Of a DNA stretch of 64,000 bases, positions 28,183 to 37,606 are shown one piece after another. Source of the stretch: Dehalococcoidia bacterium (lineage in GTDB: Bacteria; Chloroflexota; Dehalococcoidia; UBA2979). The stretch's first letter is position 1; each line of letters begins with the position of its first letter. The stretch lies in contig OZ219872.1 in assembly GCA_964291495.2 (NCBI GenBank), positions 320,001 through 384,000 of the forward strand, written 5' to 3'. Below the pieces are notes generated by a model, which was given only the letters and a program-made list of their open reading frames with translations, ran no database searches and was not told the DNA's origin. Position numbers and translations under genes: made by a program.

Positions 28183-28619
28183 CCGGTGGGCAGCTTCTGC
28201 CTACTGACCCACTCTGCTCTGGCTCGTTCCGAGTACTCCTCGAGGTCGCGGATCCACTCGTCAATCTCATCGCGATAGTCCAAGTAGTAGCGAATCGCGG
28301 TCCGCACCTGCTCGTGCTCCAGTTCCATGAATTCAGCTGTCTCGGCGGCAGCGCACTCAATGGCCTCGTCGGTATCGAGTGGCTGTTCCCGGAAGATCTC
28401 CGCGAGCACCCACACCTGAGGGCCGTCGGCGAGCGCAGGGCGTCGGCCGGTCGCGCCGTCGCGGAACACCACTCCCGGGTGCTGCGCCATGCGCAGCCCC
28501 TCTTCGACCAGCCGCTCCGCTGCTGCCGAGCGAGACTCACCCGTCCCACGGCTGTGCTCGGCCAGCCGCTCGTAGGTGTCGTCGCCGATGCTGACTGAGT
28601 GTCGGCGAGTCGCCATCAT
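28179..28619 (-). CDS. RHH/DUF433-like antitoxin (VapB45-like)
   Basis: N-terminal RHH, EEGLRM..HPGVVFRDG..GRR, A.RYY..Y..EID; 4-nt overlap with toxin. Confidence 0.82.
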   Translation of the reverse strand: MMATRRHSVSIGDDTYERLAEHSRGTGESRSAAAERLVEEGLRMAQHPGVVFRDGATGRRPALADGPQVWVLAEIFREQPLDTDEAIECAAAETAEFMELEHEQVRTAIRYYLDYRDEIDEWIRDLEEYSERARAEWVSRQKLPTG

Positions 28620-28704
28620 GGTCCTCCGCAGTCAATTGTCGCCACACATCGTAGCACCGGCCCCCGCGCGGGCCCGCGCACGCGCCCCCTGCTACCCTAG
28701 TTCC

Positions 28705-29775
28705 ATGCACGAACGTATCGCGGAGATCGAGGCGCGCTTCGAGGAGCTGACGGGGCTCCTCGGTGACCCGGAGGTGGCTTCCGACCACCGCCGCATGGCC
28801 GAACTCGCCCGCGAACGCTCCCGCCTCGAGCCGATCGTCGAGCGCGGCCGCCGCTTCCGCGAGACCGAGGAGGCGCTCGCCGACGCCCGCGACCTGCTGC
28901 GCTCCGGCGACGAGGACGAACGCGAGCTGGCGCGCGAGGAGGAAGAGCGGCTGACGCCGCTGCTCGCCGACCTCGAGGACGATCTGAAGCTCGCGCTGCT
29001 GCCCCGCGACCCCGCCGACGAGAAGGACGCGATCATCGAGATCCGCGCCGGCGCGGGCGGCGAGGAGGCCGCGCTGTTCGCCGCCGACCTGTTCCGCATG
29101 TACCAGCGCTACGCCGAGCGCCAGGGCTGGCGGCTGGAGGTGCTCAACACCTCGGAGGCCGGCCCCGGCGGCTACCGCGAGATGACCTTCGAGCTGTCAG
29201 GCGAGGACGCCTACCGGCGCATGAAGCACGAGTCCGGCGTGCACCGCGTGCAGCGCGTCCCGGAAACCGAGTCGCAGGGCCGCATCCACACCTCGACGGC
29301 CACGGTCGCCGTCCTGCCCGAGGTCGACGAGGTGGAGGTGGAGATCGACTGGGCCGAGGTGCGGACGGACATCTTCCACGCTTCGAGCGCGGGCGGGCAG
29401 AACGTGAACAAGGTCGCCACCGCCGTGCGCTTCACCCACGAGCCGACCGGCATCGTCGTCGTCTGCCAGGACGAGCGCTCGCAGGCCAAGAACCGCGCGA
29501 AGGCGGAGAGCGTGCTGCGCGCCCGCCTCTACGACCTCGAGCGCGCGAAGGCCGACGCCGAGGTCGCCGACGCGCGCCGCTCGCAGGTCGGCAGCGGCGA
29601 TCGCTCGGAGAAGATCCGCACCTACAACTTCCCCGACGACCGCGTCACCGACCACCGCGTGCGGCTCACGAAGCACGGCCTCCCGCGCATCCTCGACGGC
29701 GAGATCGACGCGCTGATCGACGCCGTCGCGATGGAGGAGCAGTCCCGCCTCCTGCAGCAGGCCGCGACGACCTGA
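28705..29775 (+). CDS. prfA: Peptide chain release factor 1
   Basis: EIRAG.GG.EA.LF, ESGVHRVQRVPET (PxT), GGQNVNK, RTYNF. Confidence 0.97.
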   Translation: MHERIAEIEARFEELTGLLGDPEVASDHRRMAELARERSRLEPIVERGRRFRETEEALADARDLLRSGDEDERELAREEEERLTPLLADLEDDLKLALLPRDPADEKDAIIEIRAGAGGEEAALFAADLFRMYQRYAERQGWRLEVLNTSEAGPGGYREMTFELSGEDAYRRMKHESGVHRVQRVPETESQGRIHTSTATVAVLPEVDEVEVEIDWAEVRTDIFHASSAGGQNVNKVATAVRFTHEPTGIVVVCQDERSQAKNRAKAESVLRARLYDLERAKADAEVADARRSQVGSGDRSEKIRTYNFPDDRVTDHRVRLTKHGLPRILDGEIDALIDAVAMEEQSRLLQQAATT

Positions 29776-29785
29776 CCACCGCCCG

Positions 29786-30700
29786 ATGGCGCGCGAGTCA
29801 CAGGGCCCCGAGGACACCGTCGGCGCGCTGCTGCTGGAGGCGGCGCGCGAGCTGGTCGCCGCCTGGGGCGCGGAGAGCCTCGATGAGGCGCGGCTGGAGG
29901 TCGACCTGCTCTACGGGGAGGCGGCGGGCCTGAGCCGCGCGCAGGTGATCGCGGCCGGCCGCGACACGCCGACGCCGGAGGCGCGCGCACGCTTCGAGGC
30001 GCTGCTGCGGCGCCGCATGGCGCGCGAGCCGCTGGCCTACATCCTCGGGCGCCGCGAGTTCCACGGCCTGACCTTCGAGGTCGGCCCCGGCGTGCTGATC
30101 CCGCGCCCGGAGACGGAGACGCTGGTCGAGGCGGCGCTGGCCGCGATCCGCGAGCACCCGAACGCCCGCCGCATCGTGCGCGTCGCCGACGCCGGCACCG
30201 GCAGCGGCGCGGTCGCGATCGCGGTCGCGCGGCATGCGCCCTCGGCGAAGGTCTTCGCGACGGACGCCTCGACGGAGGCGCTGGCCTGGGCGGGCCGCAA
30301 CCGCGCGCGGCTGGGGCCGATGGAGCGCGTCGTGCTGCTCGCCGGCGACCTGCTGGAGCCGATCGGCGAGCCGCTCGACGTGGTCGCCGCGAACCTGCCC
30401 TACATCCCGACCGACGAGTACGAGCGCCTGCCGGAGGAGATCCGCGCCGGCGAGCCGCGCCTCGCCGTCGACGGCGGCGACGATGGCCTCGAGCTGGTCC
30501 GCCGCCTCGTCGCTCAGCTCCCGGACCACCTCGCGGACGGCCCCGTCGCCGTCCTGCTCGAACTCGGCGGCGGCCAATCCCCCTTCGTCGCCGACTGGCT
30601 CACTTCAGCCCTCGACGGCGACGACGCCGGCGTGACTGTCGAGGTGCACCGCGACCTGGCTGGCAACCGACGGGTGTTGGAGGTGCGGCGGGGGTACTGA
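29786..30700 (+). CDS. prmC: Release factor glutamine methyltransferase
   Basis: EPLAYILG, VLIPRPETE, D.GTGSG, NLPY, DLAG..R; follows prfA. Confidence 0.95.
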   Translation: MARESQGPEDTVGALLLEAARELVAAWGAESLDEARLEVDLLYGEAAGLSRAQVIAAGRDTPTPEARARFEALLRRRMAREPLAYILGRREFHGLTFEVGPGVLIPRPETETLVEAALAAIREHPNARRIVRVADAGTGSGAVAIAVARHAPSAKVFATDASTEALAWAGRNRARLGPMERVVLLAGDLLEPIGEPLDVVAANLPYIPTDEYERLPEEIRAGEPRLAVDGGDDGLELVRRLVAQLPDHLADGPVAVLLELGGGQSPFVADWLTSALDGDDAGVTVEVHRDLAGNRRVLEVRRGY

Positions 30701-30712
30701 GGGGTGAGAGAG

Positions 30713-31030
30713 TTACTCGTGCTCTTGTACGGGCAAGGGCTTTGCGAGAGGCGGCTCGCGCCGGAGGATTCGATCGGCCATGTCGAGTACCTCGTCGAGA
30801 GGAAGATCGCCATCGAGGCAACGCCGGTATGCCTTGTGCAGGGCGGAGTCCTGCCTCGCGGCCCCGACTGCGGGCGGCGCCCCCTCTGCCTCAACGCTCT
30901 CTCCCTCGCCATCCCAGCCGCCACGCAGGAAACCCCGCAGGTGATCAGCGAGATCGAGGACTGAGTCGAGGGAGCGCTCGCCGGCAAGATACTGCCGATA
31001 GGCCTCGCGCAGTATCGCGGTTCGCTTCAT
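30713..31030 (-). CDS. Hypothetical protein with internal 27-aa duplication
   Basis: GAGGGA RBS; two copies of AL..AYR..L.G...LD.VLD.AD. Confidence 0.65.
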   Translation of the reverse strand: MKRTAILREAYRQYLAGERSLDSVLDLADHLRGFLRGGWDGEGESVEAEGAPPAVGAARQDSALHKAYRRCLDGDLPLDEVLDMADRILRREPPLAKPLPVQEHE

Positions 31031-31326
31031 GGCCGGGATCCCTCTCTCAACGTCAACAGCACGTCTCGTTCGTGCCAGATGGCCCAGTACCAGTGCCGCG
31101 GCTCCATCCGGTGGACGGGCCCGGGCTCGACCCCCGCCGTATGGACAGCAAGCGCACGGAGCGGGAGCGGTCCGCCTCCAGCATCGCGCAGATCGCCGAC
31201 GAGGAGGTCGCCTGCAAGGTTCACCAACCCGTGCTCACGCCGCAGATCCGCTCCCGGCTGCTCCACGACGTACGAGCAGATGTCACACGCATCGGGCGCG
31301 GGATCGGCATGGTTCTCAACCGGGAC
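31027..31326 (-). CDS. Hypothetical protein (possible CxxC); start uncertain (GTC 31326 or GTG 31266)
   Basis: Stop overlaps ATG of the next ORF; GGAGGTG SD precedes GTC; upstream TATACT. Confidence 0.45.
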   Translation of the reverse strand, partial: VPVENHADPAPDACDICSYVVEQPGADLRREHGLVNLAGDLLVGDLRDAGGGPLPLRALAVHTAGVEPGPVHRMEPRHWYWAIWHERDVLLTLREGSRP

Positions 31327-31418
31327 GCGGCACCTCCGCCCTGGTCAATACTGCGCAGGGAGTATAGCGGATGGTTCATGTGTGCCACAACCGGCGCCCG
31401 GAGGCCGCGCCCGCGCCC

Positions 31419-32570
31419 CTACCCCGGCATCTGCTGCGCGAGCTGGTAGATCTTCCCCTCCGTCTTGATCGAGGGGGCGATGACCATGCGCGCGGCGTGG
31501 AACTCGGCGATGGACTGGGCGCCGCAGGTGGCCATCGAGGTGCGGAGGGCGCCGACGAGGTTCTCGGTGCCGTCCGTGCGCGAGGTCGGGCCGGAGAGCA
31601 GCGTGTCCAGCGTGCGCGGCTGGCCGACGTGCACGCGCACGCCTCGAGGCAGCTCCGCGTGCGGCGTCGCCATGCCCCAGTGGTAGCCGCGGCCCGGCGC
31701 CTCCTTCGTCGCGGCGAAGGGGGAGCCGATCATCACCGCGTCGGCCCCGGCGCAGATCGACTTCGAGAGGTCGCCGCCGGTGCGGATGCCGCCGTCCGTG
31801 ATGATCGGCACGTAGCGGCCCGTGCGCTCGTGGTAGAGGTCGCGCGCGTAGGCCGTGTCCAGCGTCGCGCTCACCTGCGGGATGCCGATGCCCAGCACCT
31901 CGCGCGAGGTGCAGGCCGCCCCCGGCCCCACGCCGACGAGGATGGCGTGGATGCCCGTCTCCATCAGCTCCAGCGCCGCGCCCGTGTCGACCGTGTTACC
32001 GACGAGCACGGGAACGGGATCGATCTGCTCGACCAGCTCGTCGAGGCGCAGGCCGCGCAGCGATCGGGAGACGTGGCGCGCCGTGGTGACGGTGGATTGG
32101 ACGGCGAAGAAGCTGGCTCCGGCCTCCTTCGCGACGGGGGCGAGGCGCTTCGTGTTCTGCGGCGTGGCGCTCACGGCCGCAACGCCGCCGAGCTTGATGA
32201 TCTCCTCGATGCGCCTCCCCACGAGCTCGTCGCGGATCGGCTGCGAGTAGACGTGCTGGATGATCTCGGTCGAGTGATCGAGGTTGGCGGCGGCGATCTC
32301 CTCGTAGATGCCGTCGGTGTCCTCGTAGCGGGTGTGCAGGCCCTCGAGGTTGAGGACGGCAAGCCCGCCGGCCTTCGTGAGCGCTGCCGCGAAGGAGGGG
32401 TCGACGACGGCGTCCATGGCCGAGGCGAGGATCGGGACGGGGAAGGAGTGTGCGCCGAGGGTGAAGGTGGGCTCGACGAGGTCTGGGTTGGTGGTGACGG
32501 CGCCGGGGACGATCGCCACGTCGTCGAAGCCCCAGGCGCGCTCGAGGCTCTTGCGCTCTACTGCCGTCAT
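31419..32570 (-). CDS. guaB3: GuaB3-family IMP dehydrogenase-related protein
   Basis: FDDVAIVPG, SAMD.V, VLNLEG, VG.GPGAACTSR.VLG.G.PQ, DGG, no CBS domain. Confidence 0.93.
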   Translation of the reverse strand: MTAVERKSLERAWGFDDVAIVPGAVTTNPDLVEPTFTLGAHSFPVPILASAMDAVVDPSFAAALTKAGGLAVLNLEGLHTRYEDTDGIYEEIAAANLDHSTEIIQHVYSQPIRDELVGRRIEEIIKLGGVAAVSATPQNTKRLAPVAKEAGASFFAVQSTVTTARHVSRSLRGLRLDELVEQIDPVPVLVGNTVDTGAALELMETGIHAILVGVGPGAACTSREVLGIGIPQVSATLDTAYARDLYHERTGRYVPIITDGGIRTGGDLSKSICAGADAVMIGSPFAATKEAPGRGYHWGMATPHAELPRGVRVHVGQPRTLDTLLSGPTSRTDGTENLVGALRTSMATCGAQSIAEFHAARMVIAPSIKTEGKIYQLAQQMPG

Positions 32571-32787
32571 CGCCGTGGTCCCTCCCCCGTCACGCTCAGG
32601 TGACGCCGTGCGGCGGGGACGGCAACCGGGGAGAGTGCCTGGAGGAGCAGATACACAAAGACCCCGCCACGGGGGAGGGGTCCTGCTCGGGATGCACCCG
32701 AGGTCGTCTGTTGCCAGGCTGTCGCATGGGTCCCGCCACGGTCACCCTGCTTTTGAGAATGGTAGGGCCACCCGGATCGGGGGTCAA
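32571..32787 (-). promoter_or_regulatory. guaB3 promoter (TTGACC-N17-TACCAT) and long structured 5' leader, candidate riboswitch/attenuator
   Basis: -35 at 32782-32787, -10 at 32759-32764; nested helices and a terminator-like GACCCC..GGGGTC-TTTGTGTAT. Confidence 0.6.
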
Positions 32788-32846
32788 CGCCGCGCCCCTC
32801 GAAACGCGCGATCCGGGCCTCCGGCGGCGACCACACAGCCCGAGGG

Positions 32847-33572
32847 CTAGCGCACCTCGCGCGCGTACCAGCCCGTCCAGACCGCCTTACGGCGGCGCAG
32901 CAGCGCGATGAACAGCGGGTTTGTCCAGACCAGCACCCGCCACAGAGGCCACTTGTCGAAGCGGCGCGTCGAGGGCCGGACGCGCGGCTGGCGGATGAAC
33001 GCGACCTTGCGTCCCGTGTCCCGCGCGAGGCGCTTGAGGCTCCAGAAGAAGTCGACGTCCTCGCCGATCCACGCCGTCTCATCGTACCCGCCGGCCTCCT
33101 CGAAGGCGGACGCTCGGGAGAACTGCGCGGCGCCCTGCGCCATGCCCGTGAGCCGCGCGAGCAGGCGCCAGGCGCGCAGGTAGAACCTCGCGAAGCGGCG
33201 CTGCGGCCGGTAGTCCACGTCGACGGCGCCGCCGAGGCAGCTCGGGTCGCTCAGCGCCGCATGGATCGCCCGGAGGAACGTGGGCGGCACGATCACGTCC
33301 GCGTCGACGAAGACCAGCACCTCGCCCCTGGCATGCCGCGCGCCGGTGTTCCGCGAGCGCGCGATGCCCTGCTCCGGCTCGTGGACCACCGTCGCGCCTC
33401 CCACCAGCGCCACCGCCGCGGTCCGGTCGCTGCTGTTGTTGTCGACGACGATGGTTTCGACCGCCCCGTCGATGCGGTCGAGCAGGCGCGTTGCGGACTC
33501 CTCGATCGCATCGAGGGTCGCGGAGAGGTACTCCTCCTCATTGAAGGCCGGTACGACGATCGTGAACCTCAT
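32847..33572 (-). CDS. Glycosyltransferase family 2
   Basis: VVPAFNEE, VVDN.S.D.T, RN.GA, FVDAD, GG....ED, S.RRF. Confidence 0.92.
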   Translation of the reverse strand: MRFTIVVPAFNEEEYLSATLDAIEESATRLLDRIDGAVETIVVDNNSSDRTAAVALVGGATVVHEPEQGIARSRNTGARHARGEVLVFVDADVIVPPTFLRAIHAALSDPSCLGGAVDVDYRPQRRFARFYLRAWRLLARLTGMAQGAAQFSRASAFEEAGGYDETAWIGEDVDFFWSLKRLARDTGRKVAFIRQPRVRPSTRRFDKWPLWRVLVWTNPLFIALLRRRKAVWTGWYAREVR

Positions 33573-33646
33573 CGCAACGAGCGTACCCGAGCCGGCAGGC
33601 AGGCGGCAGGTGGCCCTGCGGAGTGCAGGTGCTACGATTCCTTGCG

Positions 33647-35314
33647 ATGGCTGAGACGGTCCTCGCCGCGGTCGCGTGGCCCTATGCGAACAGCGCGCTG
33701 CACGCGGGCCAGATCGCCGGTGCGTACCTGCCCGCCGACATTTTCTCCCGCTACCACCGCATGCGCGGCAACCGCACGCTGATGGTCTCCGGCTCCGACG
33801 TGCACGGCACGCCCGTCACGATCCGCGCCGAGGAGGAGGGCTCGACCCCCGAGGCGGTGATCGAGCGCGCCCACGCGTCCTTCCTCGACACCTTCGAGCG
33901 CTTCGGGATCTCGTTCGACCTGTTCACCTCGACGGGCACACCGAACCACGCCGAGGTCACGCAGGACCTCTTCCTGCGCCTCCACGAGCAGGGCCACATC
34001 TACGAGGCCGAGATGACGATGCTGTTCGACCCCGAGGCCGAACGCTTCCTGCCGGACCGTTATGTCGAGGGGGAGTGCCCCTACTGCGGCTACGACGGCG
34101 CGCGCGGCGACCAGTGCGACGAGTGCGGCCGGACGATGGACGCGCTCGAGCTGATCGGGCCGCGCTCGCGCCTTTCCGAGGCCACGCCGGAGGCGCGCCG
34201 GACGAACCACTGCTTCCTCAAGCTCAGCGACTTCAACGACCAGCTGCTCGAGTGGGTCGATCCGCAGACGCACTGGCGACCGGCCGTGCGCAACTTCACG
34301 CTCGGCCTGCTGCGCGAGGGGCTGCACGACCGCGCGATCACGCGCGACATCGAGTGGGGCGTGCCCGTACCCCTCGAGGGCTGGGACGAGAAGCGCATCT
34401 ACGTCTGGTTCGAGGCGGTGATCGGTTACCTCTCCGCGACGAAGGAGTGGGCGCAGCACTCCGGGCAGCCGGACGCCTGGGAGGCTTGGTGGAAGGACCC
34501 GGGGGCGCGGACCGTCTACTTCCAGGGCAAGGACAACGTCCCCTTCCACACCACCATCTGGCCGGCCATGCTGCTCGGCTACGGCGGCCTCAACCTGCCC
34601 TACGACGTGCCGGCCAACCAGTACGTCACGATCTCCGGCTCGAAGGCCTCGTCCTCGCGCAACTGGGCGATCTGGATGCCCGACTACCTCGACCGCCACG
34701 ACCCCGACCCGCTGCGCTACGGACTGACGGCGATGATGCCCGAGACGTCCGACACGGACTTCACGTGGGCCGAGTACGTGCGCCGCAACAACGACGAGCT
34801 GGTCGCGCGCTGGGGCAACCTCGTCCACCGCGTGCTGACCCTGACGCGCCGACACTTCGACGCGCGCGTGCCGGGCACGGAGGCGTCGCCCTCGCCGGAG
34901 TCGGCGGCGCTGCTGGCGCGAGTCGACGCAGCCTTCGAGGAGGTCGGCGCGCACATCGACGGGCTGCGCCTGCGCGCCGCGCTGCAGGGCGCGATGGGGC
35001 TCGCGCAGGAGGCGAATCGCTACCTCGACGAGCGCGCGCCCTGGGCGGCCGTGCGCGAGGACCGCGAGTCGGCGGCAGAGACGCTCTCGACGGCGATCCA
35101 GGCGATCGCCGGGCTCGCCTCGCTGCTGCAGCCGTTCCTGCCGTTCACCTCGCCGCGCGCGTGGGCCCTCGCCGGCTGCGAGGGCGAGATCGAGGCGGCG
35201 GGCTGGCAGCGCACGCCGGTAGCGCCGGGCACGCCGCTGCCCGAACCCGCGCCGCTGTTCCGCAAGCTCGACGACTCGCTGGTCGATGAAGAAGAGGCGC
35301 GGCTCGGCCAGTAG
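33647..35314 (+). CDS. metG: Methionyl-tRNA synthetase
   Basis: WPYAN..LHAG (HIGH-like), GSD.HGTP, zinc knuckles, YVWFEA, GKDN.PFH, KASSS; no C-terminal tRNA-binding domain. Confidence 0.96.
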   Translation: MAETVLAAVAWPYANSALHAGQIAGAYLPADIFSRYHRMRGNRTLMVSGSDVHGTPVTIRAEEEGSTPEAVIERAHASFLDTFERFGISFDLFTSTGTPNHAEVTQDLFLRLHEQGHIYEAEMTMLFDPEAERFLPDRYVEGECPYCGYDGARGDQCDECGRTMDALELIGPRSRLSEATPEARRTNHCFLKLSDFNDQLLEWVDPQTHWRPAVRNFTLGLLREGLHDRAITRDIEWGVPVPLEGWDEKRIYVWFEAVIGYLSATKEWAQHSGQPDAWEAWWKDPGARTVYFQGKDNVPFHTTIWPAMLLGYGGLNLPYDVPANQYVTISGSKASSSRNWAIWMPDYLDRHDPDPLRYGLTAMMPETSDTDFTWAEYVRRNNDELVARWGNLVHRVLTLTRRHFDARVPGTEASPSPESAALLARVDAAFEEVGAHIDGLRLRAALQGAMGLAQEANRYLDERAPWAAVREDRESAAETLSTAIQAIAGLASLLQPFLPFTSPRAWALAGCEGEIEAAGWQRTPVAPGTPLPEPAPLFRKLDDSLVDEEEARLGQ

Positions 35315-35340
35315 GCCGGGCGACGGAGGACGAGCACACG

Positions 35341-36156
35341 ATGAGTCCCCTCGACGCCCCGATCGTCGACGCGCACGCCCATACCTGGTCCGGCGCCTTT
35401 TCCGAGGACCACGCCGAGGTGATGGAGCGCGCCTGGGGCTCCGGCCTGACGGCCGTGGTCGAGGTAGGCGGCACCGCGCCGAGCAGCGAGGAGGCGTACG
35501 CTCTCGCTGCCGCCGACGAGCGCGTCCATGCGGTCGCCGGGTTGCACCCGCACCGCGCGAAGGATCTTCCGGAGCAGCGCGAGCAGCTACGCGAGCAGGC
35601 GCACAGCGGGCGCTTCGTCGGCCTCGGCGAGATGGGGCTGGACTTCTACCGCAATCTCTCGCCGCACGATATCCAGTACGAGGCGTTCCGCTACCAGCTC
35701 GACCTGGCGCGCGAGGCCTCGCTGCCTGTCGTGATCCACAGCCGCGACTCCGACGAGGAGTCGTACGCCGTGATCGAGGAGTGGGCGCGCCACTCGGGGC
35801 GCTACCTCGGGCCGGACCGCGAGATCGGGATGATGCATTGCTACGCCGGCGACGCGGAGCTCGGCGAGCGCTACCGCGTGCTCGGCTTCCTGCTCTCCAT
35901 CCCCGGCCCGGTCACCTACCCCGGCGGCACGCAGCGTCAGAACGTCGCGAGGACGGCGCCACTCGAGCAGTTGCTGGTCGAGACGGACGCGCCCGCCTTG
36001 ACGCCGCAGTCGAACCGCGGGCGGCGCAACGAGCCGGCCTACATCCTCGAGACGATCGCCTTCATCGCGCAGTTGCGCGGCGACACGCCCGAGCACGTGG
36101 CGCGCGTGACGGCGGAGAACGCCGCGCGGCTGTTCGGCTTCGAGCTGCCGCGATGA
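35341..36156 (+). CDS. tatD: TatD family hydrolase
   Basis: DAHAH, GLHPH, GEMGLD, IHSRD, HCY, ETDAP, RNEP. Confidence 0.95.
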   Translation: MSPLDAPIVDAHAHTWSGAFSEDHAEVMERAWGSGLTAVVEVGGTAPSSEEAYALAAADERVHAVAGLHPHRAKDLPEQREQLREQAHSGRFVGLGEMGLDFYRNLSPHDIQYEAFRYQLDLAREASLPVVIHSRDSDEESYAVIEEWARHSGRYLGPDREIGMMHCYAGDAELGERYRVLGFLLSIPGPVTYPGGTQRQNVARTAPLEQLLVETDAPALTPQSNRGRRNEPAYILETIAFIAQLRGDTPEHVARVTAENAARLFGFELPR

Positions 36157-37130
36157 CCGCGCCGGCCAGCCAGTTCGAGGTGTACGGGCCCGTCGCGGAC
36201 GACCTGCCGCGTGTCGACGAGCTGCTCGACTCGCTGCGCGATGTCGAGTTTCCGTGGCTGCGCGAGATGCTGGGCGCGGTGCTCGGCGGCGGCGGCAAGC
36301 GGCTGCGGCCGGCGCTGACCCTGCTCGCCGGGCGCCTCGGGCGCTACGACCTCGACCTGCTCGTGCCGATGGCGGCGAGCGTCGAACTGCTGCACACGGC
36401 GACGCTGGTCCACGACGACGTGATCGACCAGGCGGAGGAGCGGCGCGGGCGGCCGACGGCGGCGGCGCAGTTCAACAACGGACCGAGCGTGATGCTGGGC
36501 GACTACATGTTTGCCCACGCCGCGCACTTCGTGGCGCAGACGGGCAACCTGCGCGTGGTGCGCAACTTCGCCGAAACGCTGCGCGTGATGGCGCGCGGCG
36601 AGCTCAGCCAGGACCTCGCGGCCTACGAGTACTCGCCGGACGTGCGGCGCTACCTCGACCGCATCCACGGCAAGACCGCCTCGCTCTTCGCCACCGCCGC
36701 CGAGGGCGGGGCGATCGTCTGCGGCGCGCCGGAGCCCCTCGTCGAGCCGGTCCGCCGCTTCGGCGAGCAGCTCGGCATGGCCTTCCAGGTGGTTGACGAC
36801 GTGCTCGACTTCAGCGCGACGGCCGAGGAGCTGGGCAAGCCGGTCGGCTCCGATCTGCTGGCGGGGACGCTGACGCTGCCCGCGCTGCTCTACCTGGACC
36901 GCTACCCCGACGACAACCCGATCCGGCGGGCCTTCGCGGGCGTCCGCCGACGGGCGAACCTGCAACGCGCGATCAACGAGATCCGCGAGTCGGGCCTCCT
37001 CGAGGAGTCGATGGAGACGGCGCAGCGCTTCGCCGCGGAGGCTGCGGCCGCGCTGGAGCCGCTCCCGGCCGGGGAGCCGCGCGAGACCTTCGAGTCGCTG
37101 GCGGAGTACGTGCTGACGCGCCGCAACTGA
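36153..37130 (+). CDS. Polyprenyl diphosphate synthase
   Basis: GGKRLRP, LVHDDVID...RRG, KTA, AFQVVDD.LD, GKP.G.DL. Confidence 0.94.
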   Translation: MTAPASQFEVYGPVADDLPRVDELLDSLRDVEFPWLREMLGAVLGGGGKRLRPALTLLAGRLGRYDLDLLVPMAASVELLHTATLVHDDVIDQAEERRGRPTAAAQFNNGPSVMLGDYMFAHAAHFVAQTGNLRVVRNFAETLRVMARGELSQDLAAYEYSPDVRRYLDRIHGKTASLFATAAEGGAIVCGAPEPLVEPVRRFGEQLGMAFQVVDDVLDFSATAEELGKPVGSDLLAGTLTLPALLYLDRYPDDNPIRRAFAGVRRRANLQRAINEIRESGLLEESMETAQRFAAEAAAALEPLPAGEPRETFESLAEYVLTRRN

Positions 37131-37169
37131 ACGCGGCTGCGAGCGGTAACCCGGACCTCGCGAGTCAGG

Positions 37170-37583
37170 CTACGAGGCGCCCTTGCCCTCGCCGCGGGCG
37201 CGGCGGCGGCCACGCGAGCCGCTGCCCCTCACACGCTCGCGGACCTGCACCGCGGCCTTCTTGGCCGCTACCTCATCGGGTGTCACCTTCGTGGCGGCGG
37301 GCACGATGCGCGGATCCTTGACGAGGAAGGGCTCCATCTTCGTCATGTCGTTCGTCTGCATCGGCTTCGTGGACTGACCCTTGGGCGTCCAGTAGAGGTT
37401 CTGGTCCGGGATGCGGCGAGGCATCCCGCCGCGCATCGTGAAGGCGTGCACCTCGGTCGGCATCAGGCGCCTGCCGTCGCCGTCGCAGACGACGCACGGC
37501 TGCGGGTCCGAGGACTCGCGCACCGGGCGAATCAGCTCGAAGATGCCGTCGCAACCCTCGCAGTAGTACTCGTAGAGCGGCAT
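37170..37583 (-). CDS. FmdB-family zinc-ribbon protein
   Basis: MPLYEY.C..C...FE...C..C motif. Confidence 0.85.
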   Translation of the reverse strand: MPLYEYYCEGCDGIFELIRPVRESSDPQPCVVCDGDGRRLMPTEVHAFTMRGGMPRRIPDQNLYWTPKGQSTKPMQTNDMTKMEPFLVKDPRIVPAATKVTPDEVAAKKAAVQVRERVRGSGSRGRRRARGEGKGAS

Positions 37584-37606
37584 GCCGCGTCTCCTCGATC
37601 CGTCAA

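Noticed and set aside
32571-32760. Calling the guaB3 leader a canonical SAM-I, purine, ZTP or T-box element
   Set aside because: Key conserved nucleotides are missing for each; kept only as an unclassified candidate
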